A DNA stretch of 58,207 nucleotides, the filler included, from Malassezia furfur (lineage: Eukaryota), in NCBI GenBank assembly GCA_052055015.1. It is 3 parts of 3 records of this genome, joined end to end, with 100 filler letters (N's around TTAATTAATTAA, not from the genome) between each part and the next. Parts side by side here need not be neighbours in the genome. Positions count along the whole stretch, not along the records: positions 19,480 to 38,807 come from JBQJIT010000191.1; positions 38,908 to 58,207 come from JBQJIT010000192.1; 1 more part is not named here. One strand, 5' to 3'. Of this stretch, positions 31,992 to 43,355 are shown piece after piece. Under the pieces are notes generated by a model. It saw only the letters and a list, made by a program, of their open reading frames with translations. It was not told the DNA's origin and did not search any database. The number at the start of each line of letters is the position of its first letter. The first letter of the stretch is position 1. Both the position numbers and the translations under genes were made by a program.

Positions 31992-32340
31992 TTAGGCAAG
32001 GCTCTTGACCTCCTCGATGTACTTGGCGAACTCGGCGTCGTCTGGGTCAGTCGGCTATACACGTACCCTTGTACGGCTCGAACATCTCGAAGAAGGTCTG
32101 GACGTACTCCTTCTTGGCGTCCTCCGACGACTTGCCCTTGAGCTTGTTCCAGGCGTCCCACTTGTAGCGGCCGCTAATGTCGAGCATGCCCGGGCGCGAA
32201 GTGTTGACATCGCCGACCGTGGCCTGCTTGTACAGCGAGTACACCTTGAGCTGGACGTCCTGGCTCACCTTAACCGGCGAGTTCTTGGGCATGCCCTGGA
32301 TGAGCTCAACGGCCTTCTTGAACTGTTCTTCGACACCCAT
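31992..32340 (-). CDS. ACB1: Acyl-CoA-binding protein (25-nt intron 32042-32066)
   Basis: [28 protein letters not shown]. Confidence 0.92.
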
Positions 32341-32513
32341 GTTGGTAGTAGATGGAGACCCCACGGTTGGCGCGCCCCAGAATCCCCGCGCACTGCTTTC
32401 AAAAGCTTCCATGCCCGGCCCAATCGAAACAACGCTTACTAAAAAGCATACGTCGCTCCTGCAGAGCGACGCCCAGTTGTGCGCCCACGACGCGCTTTCC
32501 GCTCACAACGAAA

Positions 32514-33434
32514 ATGCGGGTCGTCCGTGCGCTCCAAGGTTTGGTAGCGGTTGTCAGCGCCTGTGCGGCACTCGTACAGGGTGCCTCGTACGATATCAAA
32601 GACGCGCGCCTATCTGTTCAATCCTTCGATGGCTCTCCGCGTGTCTCGGAGCGGTATGCGTCCAAAGATGCGGTGCTGGCGAAGCAACTCGTCGCCGAGC
32701 CCGACGATGTGATCCGTTTCTCCTTTACAATTGCGGATGGTGCAGGCAATCAAGTGACTGGGAATTCCCTCCCACAGCAAGTGTGGGTCGTCCTAGCGGA
32801 CGCTACGCAGGAAAGCGCGGCGCGCTCGTTTGTTTGGCCGCTGCGTGTGCGGGAAAGCAACGCGGGCGCATCGTTCAACCTGCGTATGGACAAGCTCTCG
32901 CCGGAGGTGCGGCAGATGCTCGCCGAGCAGGGTCCCGACAAGGTGTATGCGCTTACGCTGCTGGTCGGCTCGTTTGCCCCGAGCGCAGCGGAGCGCCTGG
33001 ACGCGCTGATGCTGCCGTTCCTGAAGCTCGAGTTTGGCACCAAGCTCCTTGCGCGTCTTGCTACGACGCTCGTGTCGGCACGCGAGCTGGCCGAGACCGA
33101 GGATGGGTTCCGGCCGATGCGGGACCACTTCCATACGTTTGCGGTTGAGCCGTGGCAGACGATGCCCCCCAAGATTGTGAGCCTGGCTGTGGCATTTGCT
33201 ATTATCGCTGGCCCTTGGCTGCTCCTTGTGTCGCTGTGGAAGCCGACGGCGTCGACGCGGAAGCCGACCTATGAGGAGGCCAAGTTGGGTGCCAGTCTTG
33301 TTGTGTTCGAGCTGCAGGCCCTGTGGTACTGGATCGGGATGCCGTTCTACGTCCTCGTGCCTCTGACGCTGTTCAACGCGTACTGCCTTCTGACGAGCGC
33401 CCGCGCGATGCTCGCGCGCACGTTTGTCTCGTAG
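32514..33434 (+). CDS. SWP1: Oligosaccharyltransferase subunit ribophorin II/Swp1-like
   Basis: Signal peptide, lumenal domain (LTLLVGSF), HTF..P..MPPKIVS, three C-terminal transmembrane helices with WYWIG. Confidence 0.7.
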   Translation: MRVVRALQGLVAVVSACAALVQGASYDIKDARLSVQSFDGSPRVSERYASKDAVLAKQLVAEPDDVIRFSFTIADGAGNQVTGNSLPQQVWVVLADATQESAARSFVWPLRVRESNAGASFNLRMDKLSPEVRQMLAEQGPDKVYALTLLVGSFAPSAAERLDALMLPFLKLEFGTKLLARLATTLVSARELAETEDGFRPMRDHFHTFAVEPWQTMPPKIVSLAVAFAIIAGPWLLLVSLWKPTASTRKPTYEEAKLGASLVVFELQALWYWIGMPFYVLVPLTLFNAYCLLTSARAMLARTFVS

Positions 33435-33450
33435 GTCCATACCCCCTGAT

Positions 33451-33456
33451 CACGTG
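33451..33456. promoter_or_regulatory. CACGTG site in the 42-bp SWP1-SPT8 spacer
   Basis: ATCACGTGGT, 20 bp upstream of the SPT8 ATG. Confidence 0.45.
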
Positions 33457-33476
33457 GTCTTCTCACGACGACGGCT

Positions 33477-35422
33477 ATGGACCGTGCGGAGTCTCGCAGC
33501 GAGGACGCGGACATGGTCGACGCGGGCGTCGTTCCGTCTGATCCTCCGGCGACACTCGAGGCATATATCCAGCAAGTCCAGCAGCGGCGCAAGCTGTTTG
33601 TGCCGACGCCGGCCGCGCGCGAGACTCGCAAGGGGTATACGATCGACCCCATCGGCGCCGCGCCGCATTCCACGCATATCAATGCCATGGCGCTCGTCGA
33701 AGATGCGAGTGTCCTGCTATCAGGAGGAAGCGATGGTTATGTGCGCTGGTACGACCTATATGCTAGCGTCAACGGCAAGAATATGCTCACGCAAAACCTG
33801 CGAAGTTCCTTCGTGGAGGGCGTCGCGAAGGGCGGCGTGCTGACGTCGTGGTGGGGCAACGTGCACCTGGATGCCGACGACCCTCTCACGCGCCAGGACG
33901 CGCCACTGAGCCCCGTTCACAGCCTTGTGTGTGAGCGCAACGGGCTGTGGGGCATCAGCGGAGGAGAGAGTGGGCAGATCAACCTGTACGGTCTGCGGCA
34001 CGATCCGGGGCAGCTACGGCATGTGTTCCGCAAGCACACCGCGGCTGTGTCTGCACTGGCACTCAACGATAGCCAGACGGAGCTGCTGAGTGGCGGCTGG
34101 GACCGCAGCGTCTTTGTACGTATACACCACTCACACAGCAATGGGATTTGCACACGGGGCAGATGGTGCGTTCCTACGACGGGCACGCGGGTCAGGTTTC
34201 GAGCATCCAGTTCCGCCCGCTGCATGCACCGAGCGCGCCTGTGCCCGACATCCACATCCGCGCCGAGGCCACCGAGACCGCCGAGGGCACGTCGCCTCTC
34301 GAGGTGGAGCTCGAGGCGGAGCTGGCGCAGACGATGGATACGGATGGACCAACGAGCGACGTGCCGCCTACCGACGAGCACGACGCGATCCTCGACTCGG
34401 ACGGGGAGAACGAGGAGCGCGCCGACAAAGACAACGACAACGACTCGCTCTTTGGCGAGCAGGACGAGTCGATGGCCGAGGCCCGCGTCGACGGCTCCGG
34501 CGAGTCGGCCGATGCGTCGGGCGACTCGGACCTCGACGCGGACGGCGAGGCGGACCTGTTTGACGGCGAAGATACCAAGCCCGAGGGCGACGATAGCGAC
34601 GACACGCCGCAGCTGCCAACCCCGGCGCCCGCCAAGACCCCGGCGGGCCTGTCGCTGGCGCTGCCTGGGCAGCAGCGCCCCGACGTGAAGAAGGAGGATG
34701 CGCCAGGCGCGAGTCCGCCGCGTGCGGCGCCCAAGCCCGCGGCCGCGGCCGCGCCCGTCATGCCCAAGACCAACGTCAAGCAGCTGCCCAAGCCCATGTT
34801 TGGCTCGATGAGCATGCCGTGGCAGTACGATGCGGATGTATCGCGCTTCAGCTCGGACATTGTGCTGACCAGCACGCTCTCGGGCCAAGTGCTGTTGTGG
34901 GACCGCCGCGTAGACAGCAAGGCGCGCGCCGGCGTGCGCGCGCTGCCGCTGCCGCCCAATACGCCGCCCTGGTGCATGAGTGTCTGCTGGAACCATGCCG
35001 GGGACCGCATCTACGTCGGCCGGCGCAACGAGACGGTGGACGAGTGGGACGTGCGCATGCTGCCCGACGTGACCCACCCCGAGCGCGGCGCGGCGTCGCC
35101 CGCGTCGCCGAGCGGCCAGGCGCCGCACATGCTCCAGTCGCTGCGCCTTCCGCGCGGGAGTGGGCCGGTGAGTGCGGTGTCGATGATGCCCAACGACCGG
35201 CACATTGTGTGTGCGTCGTTTGACAACGTGCGCCTTTGGGACACGCACGCTGACCCGCGCACCGACGTGCCCTTCAAGATTGTCGCAGGGCACCATGGCG
35301 GCACCATCTCGCAGATGCTGGTCGACGAGCGCGCACAGTTCCTGCTGACCAGCTCCGGGGACCGGGGGTGGTTCTCGACGAGCACCGAGACGCTGCTCCT
35401 GCACGAAATTTTGGTGCTGTAG
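33477..35422 (+). CDS. SPT8: SAGA complex WD40 subunit Spt8 (23-nt intron 34116-34138)
   Basis: YTIDPIGAAPH, SGGSDGYVR, acidic DSLFGE insert, PPWCMSVCW, IYVGRRN, GHHGGTIS, SGDRGW. The intron joins two ORFs at GWDRSVF|QWDL. Confidence 0.92.
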
Positions 35423-35434
35423 ATGTACATACCC

Positions 35435-36453
35435 CTATTGCTTCTGGAATTTCACCTGGACCCACACGCGGTACATGCGCTTCTTCTCCTTGCGGTTCAC
35501 CAGGAGGCGGCGGTCGACGGCCATCTGCAGCGTCCGGAAATGGTGCGTGTTCTCGCTGTGGTCCTCGTCGCGGGCCTCGCGCGGCGATGCGTCGAACAGC
35601 GCGTACAGCTCGTCCGGCTCAAAGAAGTAGACCCGCGTGCCGTCGCCGCGCACGTAAAAGTTATCGTCGAGCATGCGGTTCTTTTTGAAGCGCAGCTGCG
35701 GCAGGTCGTGCCGGCCGTAGTCGCGCAGCAGCACGAGCCCCGTCTTGGGCTTGAGCATCGTGTAGACGTTGTGGGCCGCCGACGCCCATTCGCGAGGGTG
35801 CAGCGCCGAAAGCACAAACACCAGCACGACGATATCGACGCTGCCTGGCTCGACACCGGGCGGGAGCTGCGAGTCGGTGGCAGAGCCCGCGCTCAGGTCC
35901 CATACCTGGGCGTCGCAGCGCCCACATGGGGGGTTGGTGTACAGCGGATTCGCCCGGATCACTTCGACGGCCTGCGCCGCGTAGTCGCACGCCACGAGCC
36001 GCAGATCCGGGTTCTGGTTCGCGGCAAGCAGCGGAAACACGGTATTCCCCGCGCCGCAGCCCACTTCGACGATCGTGCGGGGCCCAGCGTCGGCGTGCGT
36101 CGCTTGGATCAGCTCAGGGAATTCGAGGTGGAGCCACTTGCGGTCCTTGAAGAAGCGGTTCTCGTGGCGCGAGTAGAACGTGTCCCAGAATCCCGCGGCG
36201 TTGCTGTGGTACACGTTTGCGTCCGCGTCGCTCACGCGTGTCTCGGCCTGCTTCGCGAGCAGCTCGTCGACCATCGCGAGGTGCTCGGGCGGCGGCTCGA
36301 CGTGGTCCCTGCGCGTGTGAGGTGGGACACGTACCATGCATTGTAGTTCCACACGTCCTCCGCATCGTCCAGCGTGCGTGAGCCGACCGTGTGGTCCGGC
36401 GCGCTACCGCCGATCGGACGCGCCGACGACGTACTTTTTTTGGTGTCGCTCAT
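35435..36453 (-). CDS. TRM140: tRNA m3C32 methyltransferase (Trm140/METTL2) (26-nt intron 36309-36334)
   Basis: NAW|DHV restored by splicing; FFKDRKWL..EFPEL, EVGCGAGN, RDYGRHDL, FYVRGDGT. Confidence 0.92.
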
Positions 36454-36470
36454 CGTCGACCTCCACAATC

Positions 36471-37081
36471 ATGACGCGCCTCACGTTTGTGACCGGCAAC
36501 GCCAACAAGCTGCGCGAGGTGAAGCAGATCCTCGAGGCTACGCCCAACTCGAGCTGGACGCTCGAGTCCAAGGAGCTGGACGGTAGGTGACGTGCTCACA
36601 GTGCAGTCCCCGAGATCCAGGGCACCACGCAGGAAGTCGCGCTGGCCAAGTGCCGCTCGGCCGCGCAGCAGTTGCAGGCGCCGTGCCTCACGGAGGACAC
36701 GGCGCTGTGCTTCTCGGCGCTGAAAGGTCTCCCGGGCCCGTACATCAAAGACTTTCTGAAGAACCTCGGGCACGACGGTGGGTTTGTGCGGCTCACCCAG
36801 GCCTCAACCAGCTGATCGCCGGCTTCGACGACAAGCGCGCGACGGCGCTGTGCACGTTTGCGTTCTCGCCCGGCCCGAACGAGGAGCCCATCCTGTTCGA
36901 GGGCACGACCGAGGGCCATATTGTGCCACCGCGCGGCCCGAACCGCTTCGGGTGGGACCCCATCTTTGAGGTCGCCGACGTCGGCAAGACGTTTGCCGAG
37001 ATGGACGGGGCCGAGAAGAACCAGGTGTCGCACCGTGCGCGCGCACTTGCGAAGCTGCAGGCCTACTTGAAAAAAAACTAG
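36471..37081 (+). CDS. HAM1: Inosine triphosphate pyrophosphatase (introns 36583-36606, 36778-36800)
   Basis: [44 protein letters not shown]. Confidence 0.95.
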
Positions 37082-38685
37082 CCCACAATAGGGAACACGA
37101 GCGACGCGAGCCAGTACCGGATCGCAAAGGCCACTGCCGAGCCGACGAGCTGCACCCCCATAACGTAATACCATAGCCCGCGCTCGGTGGTGCACAGCGT
37201 GCCTTGCACGCCCTCGGCGCGCAGCGCCGGGTCGGCGTCAGGCGGGAGCACCTTGTCTGCCTCGGCGGCGTCGACGGGCGCAGGGCGCACGCCGCGCGCG
37301 ACGAGCAGCGCATTGAGCAGCGTCAGGTTCGTGACGCCCACCTGCCGCCCCCGCGTGTCGTACACGGGCGCGATGAGGCGCAGCGCCTGCAGCACACGCA
37401 CGACCGCCGCTGTGGCGCGCTGCTTCGCCGCCGAGCGGTGCCGCGCGAAGCGCACGCACGACGGCACGAGGCGCCCCGTGCCGCGGTCGACGAACGGCAC
37501 GCGGTGCCGGGGGCAGGGCACGAGGCCGAACAGCTGTGGGCAGCTCAGCACAAAGTTGAAGATCTGCGGCAGGAAAAAGAGAAGGAGCGTCTTGGAGTAG
37601 TGCCCCAGGATCCCCGCGGACACGAGGACCATGCCCGCAAAGTAGCAGTAGGTGTCGCCCACAAACACGCGCGCGGGGTATCGGTTCCACAGGAGCAGCG
37701 CGGCGCTGGTGCCGACGAACGGCAGGAGGAGGTGCAGACTGAAGAGGTGCCGCGCGACCACCTCGGGCTGCGCATGCGCGATCGACACGGGGTGCGCGGC
37801 GCCGAGCGTGCGGGCGACGACGGCGCGCAGGTCGAGGTAGAGCAAATCGTTGACGCACACGCTGAGCACGATCACGAGCGCCTGCCCGACCTCGACGCCG
37901 TTGATGCCCGCGAGGATGTTGATGCAGTTGGTGCAGAAGGTGGCCAGCAGCATCATGTACACGTAGTACAGCACGCCGAGGTCCAACGCGCTGCTGTGCA
38001 GCACCGTGCGGAGGAACGAAGGCCAGGCGGGCACGACGACGCTCGTCGACCCGCCGCTCGCGACGTACACGACGAGCATCGGGATGCTCGACAGCAGCGG
38101 GATCGGCAGCTTGTACCGCCAGCGGATGTCGAGTACGTCGTCGACAAAGCCGAGCATCGTCCCGGAGTAGATGGAGAGCAGCGCCGAGAGGAACGTCGCC
38201 AGGTCCTGGTGCACGCTCGTGACCGACACGCTGTACTTCTGCGGGCCAAAGTAGCGGAACGGGATAAACACCAGCACCAGGAACAGGTACACTGCCGCGC
38301 ACGGCAGGCCGAGCGACTCGGGGATGCGCGGCGCCGGCACACCGGGCGGGGCGAGTGCGACCTTCAACAGGTCGATGCCGGACAGGCCCTGCGCTAGGAA
38401 CGTTGCGCGCGACCCCCCGATCGCGACGTACGCAAGCGCGCCGCCGAGCGCCGCAAGCGCCAACGACACGACGAGCGCGGGGAACGACGCGTCCAGCGCG
38501 TGTACGACGTCGGCAAGGCGGCGCAGCGGCGCACCCACGCGCCACGCCCACGCACCCGCGCGCAGCGCACACGCGTCCGGCACCGCGCGGCACACGGCGT
38601 CCGCGATGTGCGGCTGTGCGGCGCCCACGAGGTACGCGGCGCACGGCGCAAGCACGGCGCCTCCGGCGAGCAGGCTCCACCGCAT
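37078..38685 (-). CDS. ALG7: UDP-GlcNAc:dolichyl-phosphate GlcNAc-1-phosphate transferase
   Basis: [43 protein letters not shown]. Confidence 0.94.
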   Translation of the reverse strand: MRWSLLAGGAVLAPCAAYLVGAAQPHIADAVCRAVPDACALRAGAWAWRVGAPLRRLADVVHALDASFPALVVSLALAALGGALAYVAIGGSRATFLAQGLSGIDLLKVALAPPGVPAPRIPESLGLPCAAVYLFLVLVFIPFRYFGPQKYSVSVTSVHQDLATFLSALLSIYSGTMLGFVDDVLDIRWRYKLPIPLLSSIPMLVVYVASGGSTSVVVPAWPSFLRTVLHSSALDLGVLYYVYMMLLATFCTNCINILAGINGVEVGQALVIVLSVCVNDLLYLDLRAVVARTLGAAHPVSIAHAQPEVVARHLFSLHLLLPFVGTSAALLLWNRYPARVFVGDTYCYFAGMVLVSAGILGHYSKTLLLFFLPQIFNFVLSCPQLFGLVPCPRHRVPFVDRGTGRLVPSCVRFARHRSAAKQRATAAVVRVLQALRLIAPVYDTRGRQVGVTNLTLLNALLVARGVRPAPVDAAEADKVLPPDADPALRAEGVQGTLCTTERGLWYYVMGVQLVGSAVAFAIRYWLASLVFPIVG

Positions 38686-38807
38686 CGTGGCCTATGGCTG
38701 ACTAATCACGACCGTGCGCCGCCGCGAGCGTACGGCGCGGCGCAGCACGCCACGGCGCACAGTGCACGGCGCGCGCCGCGTGCCACTGCGCCGCGGCCTG
38801 CGACGGG

Positions 38808-38907
38808 NNNNNNNNNNNNNNNNNNNNNNNNNNNNNNNNNNNNNNNNNNNNTTAATTAATTAANNNNNNNNNNNNNNNNNNNNNNNNNNNNNNNNNNNNN
38901 NNNNNNN
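38808..38907. other. Artificial contig linker N44-TTAATTAATTAA-N44
   Basis: Same 100-bp design as 19380-19479. Confidence 0.97.
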
Positions 38908-40004
38908 CCGCGCCTGCGCCGCCCACGCCTCCTGCACCGGCTCCCTCGGCACCCCCGCCACGCGCGCCGCAACCTGGCCCTGCCTTGCCGCCTGCACAGC
39001 GCGTCAGCACGCCGAGTGCGCCTGCATCGCGCGGCGGCGTCCATCTTCCGCCCGCCAACGACGACGACTGGGACGAGGAGGAGGAAGACGACGACGAGCC
39101 GGGTTTGAGTTCGCGTGCGACGCGGCAGCACCTTGCGCAGCAGCTGTTTAGCGGTGTGGTACCCACGGGCGAAGCTCCGCCCGCGCCGACGCCTCCGGCG
39201 GCGCCGGCCGCACCCGCTGCACCTGCCGCGCCCAAAGCGCCGTCGGTGCCGCTGGGCGGAAATGCAGGACCTGCCGACCGCAATGCGCTCCTGTCGCAGA
39301 TCCGTGGTGGGCAGTCGCTGCGCAAGACCGAGACGCGCGACCGTTCGGGCGCACCCGGAGCTGGAGCTGTGCTGGGATCGGCGTCGCCGCCCAAGGGCCT
39401 GTCGACCGTGTCGTTGCCTGAGCCCGAGTCGAGTGACGACGAAGTGGTGCCCGAGTCTACCGAGCCACCACACATCCCTGGTGCGTTTGACGAGCCGAGG
39501 GAGCAGGAGCTCGAGGCGCGTGAGCACAACGAAGTGCCTCCCGCCGCGCCGGTCGCCGCGCCGCCCGCCGAAATGCCGCCCGCCGAGGCGGCGGCCCAGC
39601 CCGATGCAGACCTGGGCTTTGACATGACACGCACATTCCATGTGCGCAGCGTGTATCCCTTCGAGAGCGATGACGATGAATCGCTGTCGTTCGAGGCGAA
39701 CCAGATCTTTGTGGTGCACCCTACGTTGACGGGCGCAGACATTGAAGGCGACTGGACCTGGGGCGCTTGGGTGGCACTGCCGGAGCGCAAGGGCCTCATC
39801 CCTGCGGCCTACATCGTGCCGATGAACCAAACGATTGCGGCCACGGCACTGTACGACTACGAGGCGGCCTCCGATGAGGAAGCCAGCATCACCGAGGGCG
39901 AGACGCTTGCAATTGTGGACCAGTCGGATCCCGACTGGTGGCTGATTGCGCGCGGAGCACACTGCCTGATGGTGCCGTCTAACTATGTAGAGCTAGTGCA
40001 GTAA
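38908..40004 (+). CDS. Proline-rich WH2 plus two SH3 domain endocytic/actin protein (intersectin/Cin1-like), 3' part
   Basis: WH2 motif DRNALLSQIRGGQSLRKT; two SH3 domains (SVYPF..GLIPAAY; ALYDYEA..WW..VPSNYV). The 5' end is lost in the gap. Confidence 0.75.
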
Positions 40005-40095
40005 CGAGGCGCGCGATGCGCGGAAACGAGCCTAACAAAAGCGAGAAAAACTGAGAAAAGGGGACACGGTTGGGACAAATTCCCGGTAGAAAAAA

Positions 40096-40179
40096 AGAGC
40101 ACAATGGGGATCGAACCCATGACCTTCGGGAATCAGCGAAACCGAAAACCGATGCGGTAAACCACTCCGCTATGTGCCC
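40096..40179 (-). tRNA. tRNA-Arg(TCG) with ~10-nt intron (40132-40141)
   Basis: Acceptor stem GGGCACA/TGTGCTC; D-stem GCGG/CCGC; TCGGT-TT-TCG-G...CCCGA; T-arm ATGGG-TTCGATC-CCCAT; T-run terminator. Confidence 0.82.
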
Positions 40180-40223
40180 AGATCGATCATTAACTATGGC
40201 AGGATTGGCCCTATCAAACCTTC

Positions 40224-43200
40224 TCATTTCTGACGGTACTGCAGCTTCATCGTCGACGACGACTTCCAGTAGTGTCGTTGGCATTGCGCAAGCGTGGTGT
40301 GGTTGGTCAACGGTTGGCCATTGCACAGCATCTCGATGCACGCGTCCGGCGGGAATGTCGGTGCCGCGGGCACCGGCGCGCCTGCCTTATGCAGCAGGTC
40401 TTGCACATGCAAACCGACGCGCGCCGCACGGACCATGCGCGCAGCACTGAACTGCGCGTCGGCGGCCGAAAGGGCGGGCAGTTTGCGCGTAGGGTTCTTG
40501 GCATCCGACCACGGCTCGACGATGACGGACATGCGCTGGAATGCTGGATCCTGCGGCTGTACATTCAGCAGCAGGCTGAGCAGCCACGGCGGAGCCAGCA
40601 GCTCGAGCAACGCTGCATCGCGTGCGATGTGGCTAACACGCCCACGGTACGCGACTTTCTGGTGCTCGGAACTCGCGAGGTCATGAGAAATCGAGACAAG
40701 TGTTCCCGCAGGATAGGCGATCTTGGGTGTGTTCTTGAGCGGTGGTGCGTCGCGTCGGGGCGCACGGAGGAGCGCCGTGAGCGTGTCGAGGTGCTGGCGC
40801 ATCGGCGAAGGTTCATTGGTCGGTACGGCCTGCTTCGTCCCCTTGCGTGCCGACGAGTTCTTGCGGCGGAGAAACAGCAAGTTGGAGGAGGAAGAGCTGT
40901 CCTCGGTCGGGCTCCTTGTGGGCGACGTGGAGGCTTCGGCACTCGATGCCGAGCCCGCTTCTCGCAGGCTCGTAAGCAGCTCCACAAGCACGCATGCGAG
41001 CCGCGGCATAGGCGTGTCCGGTGCAACGGTGTCCATCGAGGCATGCATCTGTATCGCAACCGTCGCGTGGCCCGTCATGTTGGCGAGCACGGACCAGATG
41101 GTGTCGTGCGCCGAGACAGGGTCGACCAGTTGCGCCGGCACTACCTGGGCAATCGGCGCACGGACGAGCTGCTCAGGTGAGGCTTGGTGCGCGTCGAGCC
41201 AGTGCAGAAGGTAAGGCGTGCCTGCCTCACTGGGCGGGTGCAACAGTGCCTCGGCGGCGTTGAGGGCCGCAAACAGGCTGCGGAGCACCGTGGCGCCGAC
41301 GTACGTGCGCTCCTCGTGCCACTTGCGCTTCGACTGGTCGTAGGGCGCGCGGAACAGATCTTCGACGTACACCTCGGCGGCCCACACCTTGTCCTGCTCG
41401 AGGCGCACGGTCAGGTCGCCCGTGGAGGTTTCGAGCGAGCACCATGGCGCGACGACGGCATCGCTCTCGACCAGACTCTGCACCATGGCCAACGTGTCAC
41501 TCGGCGTGTCCTGCGGGCGCCACGGGCTCATGGTAATCTCGTGCGCAGGCCGCGTGTCGATGCGGTGGTGCTCGGCGGCCTCGTGCAGGCGGTCGACGTC
41601 CATGGTGCCGATGCACGTCGCTTGCACCATGTTCCACAGCGCCACAGCGCCACCCGTGTCGATCGAGAGCGCATGGATGCGGTCATTGAGGACGACGGCG
41701 CGCAGCACACCATGGTACCCGCGGATCTCGTAGGCGGGGTCCGCCGAGAGCGGCATGGCATCCTCGGTGACGAGGCATTGGGCAAACGCCACCTCGCGCT
41801 CGACCGCAAGCTGCTGCTCGGCGGGTAGGTGCGACAGGCTGTTGGCCTTTTGCTCGTCCGAGACGTGGAAGCGTGTGGCGGTGGGCGAATGCAGCGCCGA
41901 GTGGACGAGGTCGTGGAAACCCGCTTTTTCTAGCGAATCCCACGTCTCGTTCGGCGCGAGGTTGATGCAGTGGGACAGCGGCACGCCGTGCACGGTGCCG
42001 GGCGCCGACGCGACGTGCCTGCGGTGCGTCCGGGACGACAGGTTGCGCCAGCACTGGATTGTCGGTGTGCGAGCGTTCGACGTCCAGACGTGCTCGCCGT
42101 CCGCCACGACGCTCTGGATCGGAGTGGGGCGTGTCGAAGGCTCCTCGCCGCCGGACAGTGTATGCGCGAGGAGCACGCACTCGTTCTCCGCTGGGTCGCC
42201 GCCGTGCGTGTAGTGCACCTTGCATAGGTAGCCGTCGCGGTCGCCCGAATAGAAGGTGGTCAGGTCCGGGTCGTCGGAATAGAGCGACCAGACACTGCTG
42301 TTGTGGTGCGTAAAAGTATGCACGCAGCGCTGCTCGCCGACATCCCACAGACGCAGTGTTGTGTCTGACGAACCGGACAACACGTAGCGCCCGCTCTCAG
42401 ACACGGCGAGCGTGCGTACATTGTCTTGATGGCCCACGAGCTCAAACGTCGGGTCACGCATACGGGGGTCCCAGCCGCGCACGATGCAGTCGACGCCGCC
42501 TGTCGCGATCACGCCGCCGCTGCGGCTGCTGCCCGTTGAGTAGATTGCTGCAGGGTTGCGCGCGCGCCACATGGGCGCCTTGCGCCCATGCCGCAGGTCC
42601 CACAGGCACACGGCCGCGTCGAGGCCCGCGCTCACGATCCAGTCCGCGGACGCGGCCAGCGCGAGGTCCTTGACAAAGTCGGCGTGTGCACCGAGCTCGT
42701 GCAAGATCGCACCGTCGTCCAGGTACGGCGACCACGCCTTGACCGTGCAGTCCAGCGAGCCAGTGACCACGGTCTGGTCGTGATTGCACAGCACCATCGA
42801 CGAGATCCAGTTGTCGTGCGCACGGATGTTTTGCCGGAACAGCGGCCCTGACTCGCTCAGGTCCCACGCACACACCAGACCGTCGCACCCGGCACTGTAC
42901 AGCATCGCGGCGCGCTGATGCTCGTGCCTGGCGTGCGGAGCGCCGGGTATCCCCGCGGCGGCCAGTGCGGTGACGGGCCGGATGTGGCGCGGGCGTAGCT
43001 CGCCGGCGGGATGAGGCCTGGGGTGTGCGCTACGTGGCTCGCGCACGCGCACATGCAGGCCGCCCGTGAGTGCGGGGCGCGACGTGCGGTGCACGGGGAA
43101 ATCGAGCACCGGGAGCGCAAAGCTCTGTGCGCCCGACGCGTCCGGCATGTAGCGGTGCCGCGGATCATCCTCGAGCGAGATGAGCGACGGCAACGTGTAT

Positions 43201-43256
43201 GATACGCGGCGCAGTGAGTCCCAGGGCGCAGCGTGGTCCTGCGCGGCGGCCCCCAT
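40224..43256 (-). CDS. WDR48/Duf1/Bun107-like WD40 deubiquitinase regulator
   Basis: RRVSYTLP N-terminus, WD40 repeats (LVGHQDNVR, SGSSDTTLRLW), LNDRIHAL, C-terminal IEMLCNGQPL...YWKSS..LQYR. Confidence 0.82.
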   Translation of the reverse strand: MGAAAQDHAAPWDSLRRVSYTLPSLISLEDDPRHRYMPDASGAQSFALPVLDFPVHRTSRPALTGGLHVRVREPRSAHPRPHPAGELRPRHIRPVTALAAAGIPGAPHARHEHQRAAMLYSAGCDGLVCAWDLSESGPLFRQNIRAHDNWISSMVLCNHDQTVVTGSLDCTVKAWSPYLDDGAILHELGAHADFVKDLALAASADWIVSAGLDAAVCLWDLRHGRKAPMWRARNPAAIYSTGSSRSGGVIATGGVDCIVRGWDPRMRDPTFELVGHQDNVRTLAVSESGRYVLSGSSDTTLRLWDVGEQRCVHTFTHHNSSVWSLYSDDPDLTTFYSGDRDGYLCKVHYTHGGDPAENECVLLAHTLSGGEEPSTRPTPIQSVVADGEHVWTSNARTPTIQCWRNLSSRTHRRHVASAPGTVHGVPLSHCINLAPNETWDSLEKAGFHDLVHSALHSPTATRFHVSDEQKANSLSHLPAEQQLAVEREVAFAQCLVTEDAMPLSADPAYEIRGYHGVLRAVVLNDRIHALSIDTGGAVALWNMVQATCIGTMDVDRLHEAAEHHRIDTRPAHEITMSPWRPQDTPSDTLAMVQSLVESDAVVAPWCSLETSTGDLTVRLEQDKVWAAEVYVEDLFRAPYDQSKRKWHEERTYVGATVLRSLFAALNAAEALLHPPSEAGTPYLLHWLDAHQASPEQLVRAPIAQVVPAQLVDPVSAHDTIWSVLANMTGHATVAIQMHASMDTVAPDTPMPRLACVLVELLTSLREAGSASSAEASTSPTRSPTEDSSSSSNLLFLRRKNSSARKGTKQAVPTNEPSPMRQHLDTLTALLRAPRRDAPPLKNTPKIAYPAGTLVSISHDLASSEHQKVAYRGRVSHIARDAALLELLAPPWLLSLLLNVQPQDPAFQRMSVIVEPWSDAKNPTRKLPALSAADAQFSAARMVRAARVGLHVQDLLHKAGAPVPAAPTFPPDACIEMLCNGQPLTNHTTLAQCQRHYWKSSSTMKLQYRQK

Positions 43257-43355
43257 TTTCGCACACGGGTGCCTGTCAGGCGGCGCGCAATAAGGAACAA
43301 GGTGGAGGGCGTGAGAGCGGCGGGCAGCGCTATCTATCGCACACGCGCGCACACA

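Noticed and set aside
28338..36590. In-frame TGA codons in BOL3 (28338-28340) and HAM1 (36588-36590) as possible selenocysteine or readthrough
   Set aside because: Both lie inside 24-nt introns whose removal restores the conserved sequence.
40130..40150. Alternative reading of the second tRNA as Ile(GAT)
   Set aside because: It would need a non-canonical intron position and a pyrimidine at 37; the Arg(TCG) fold uses the canonical 37/38 intron.
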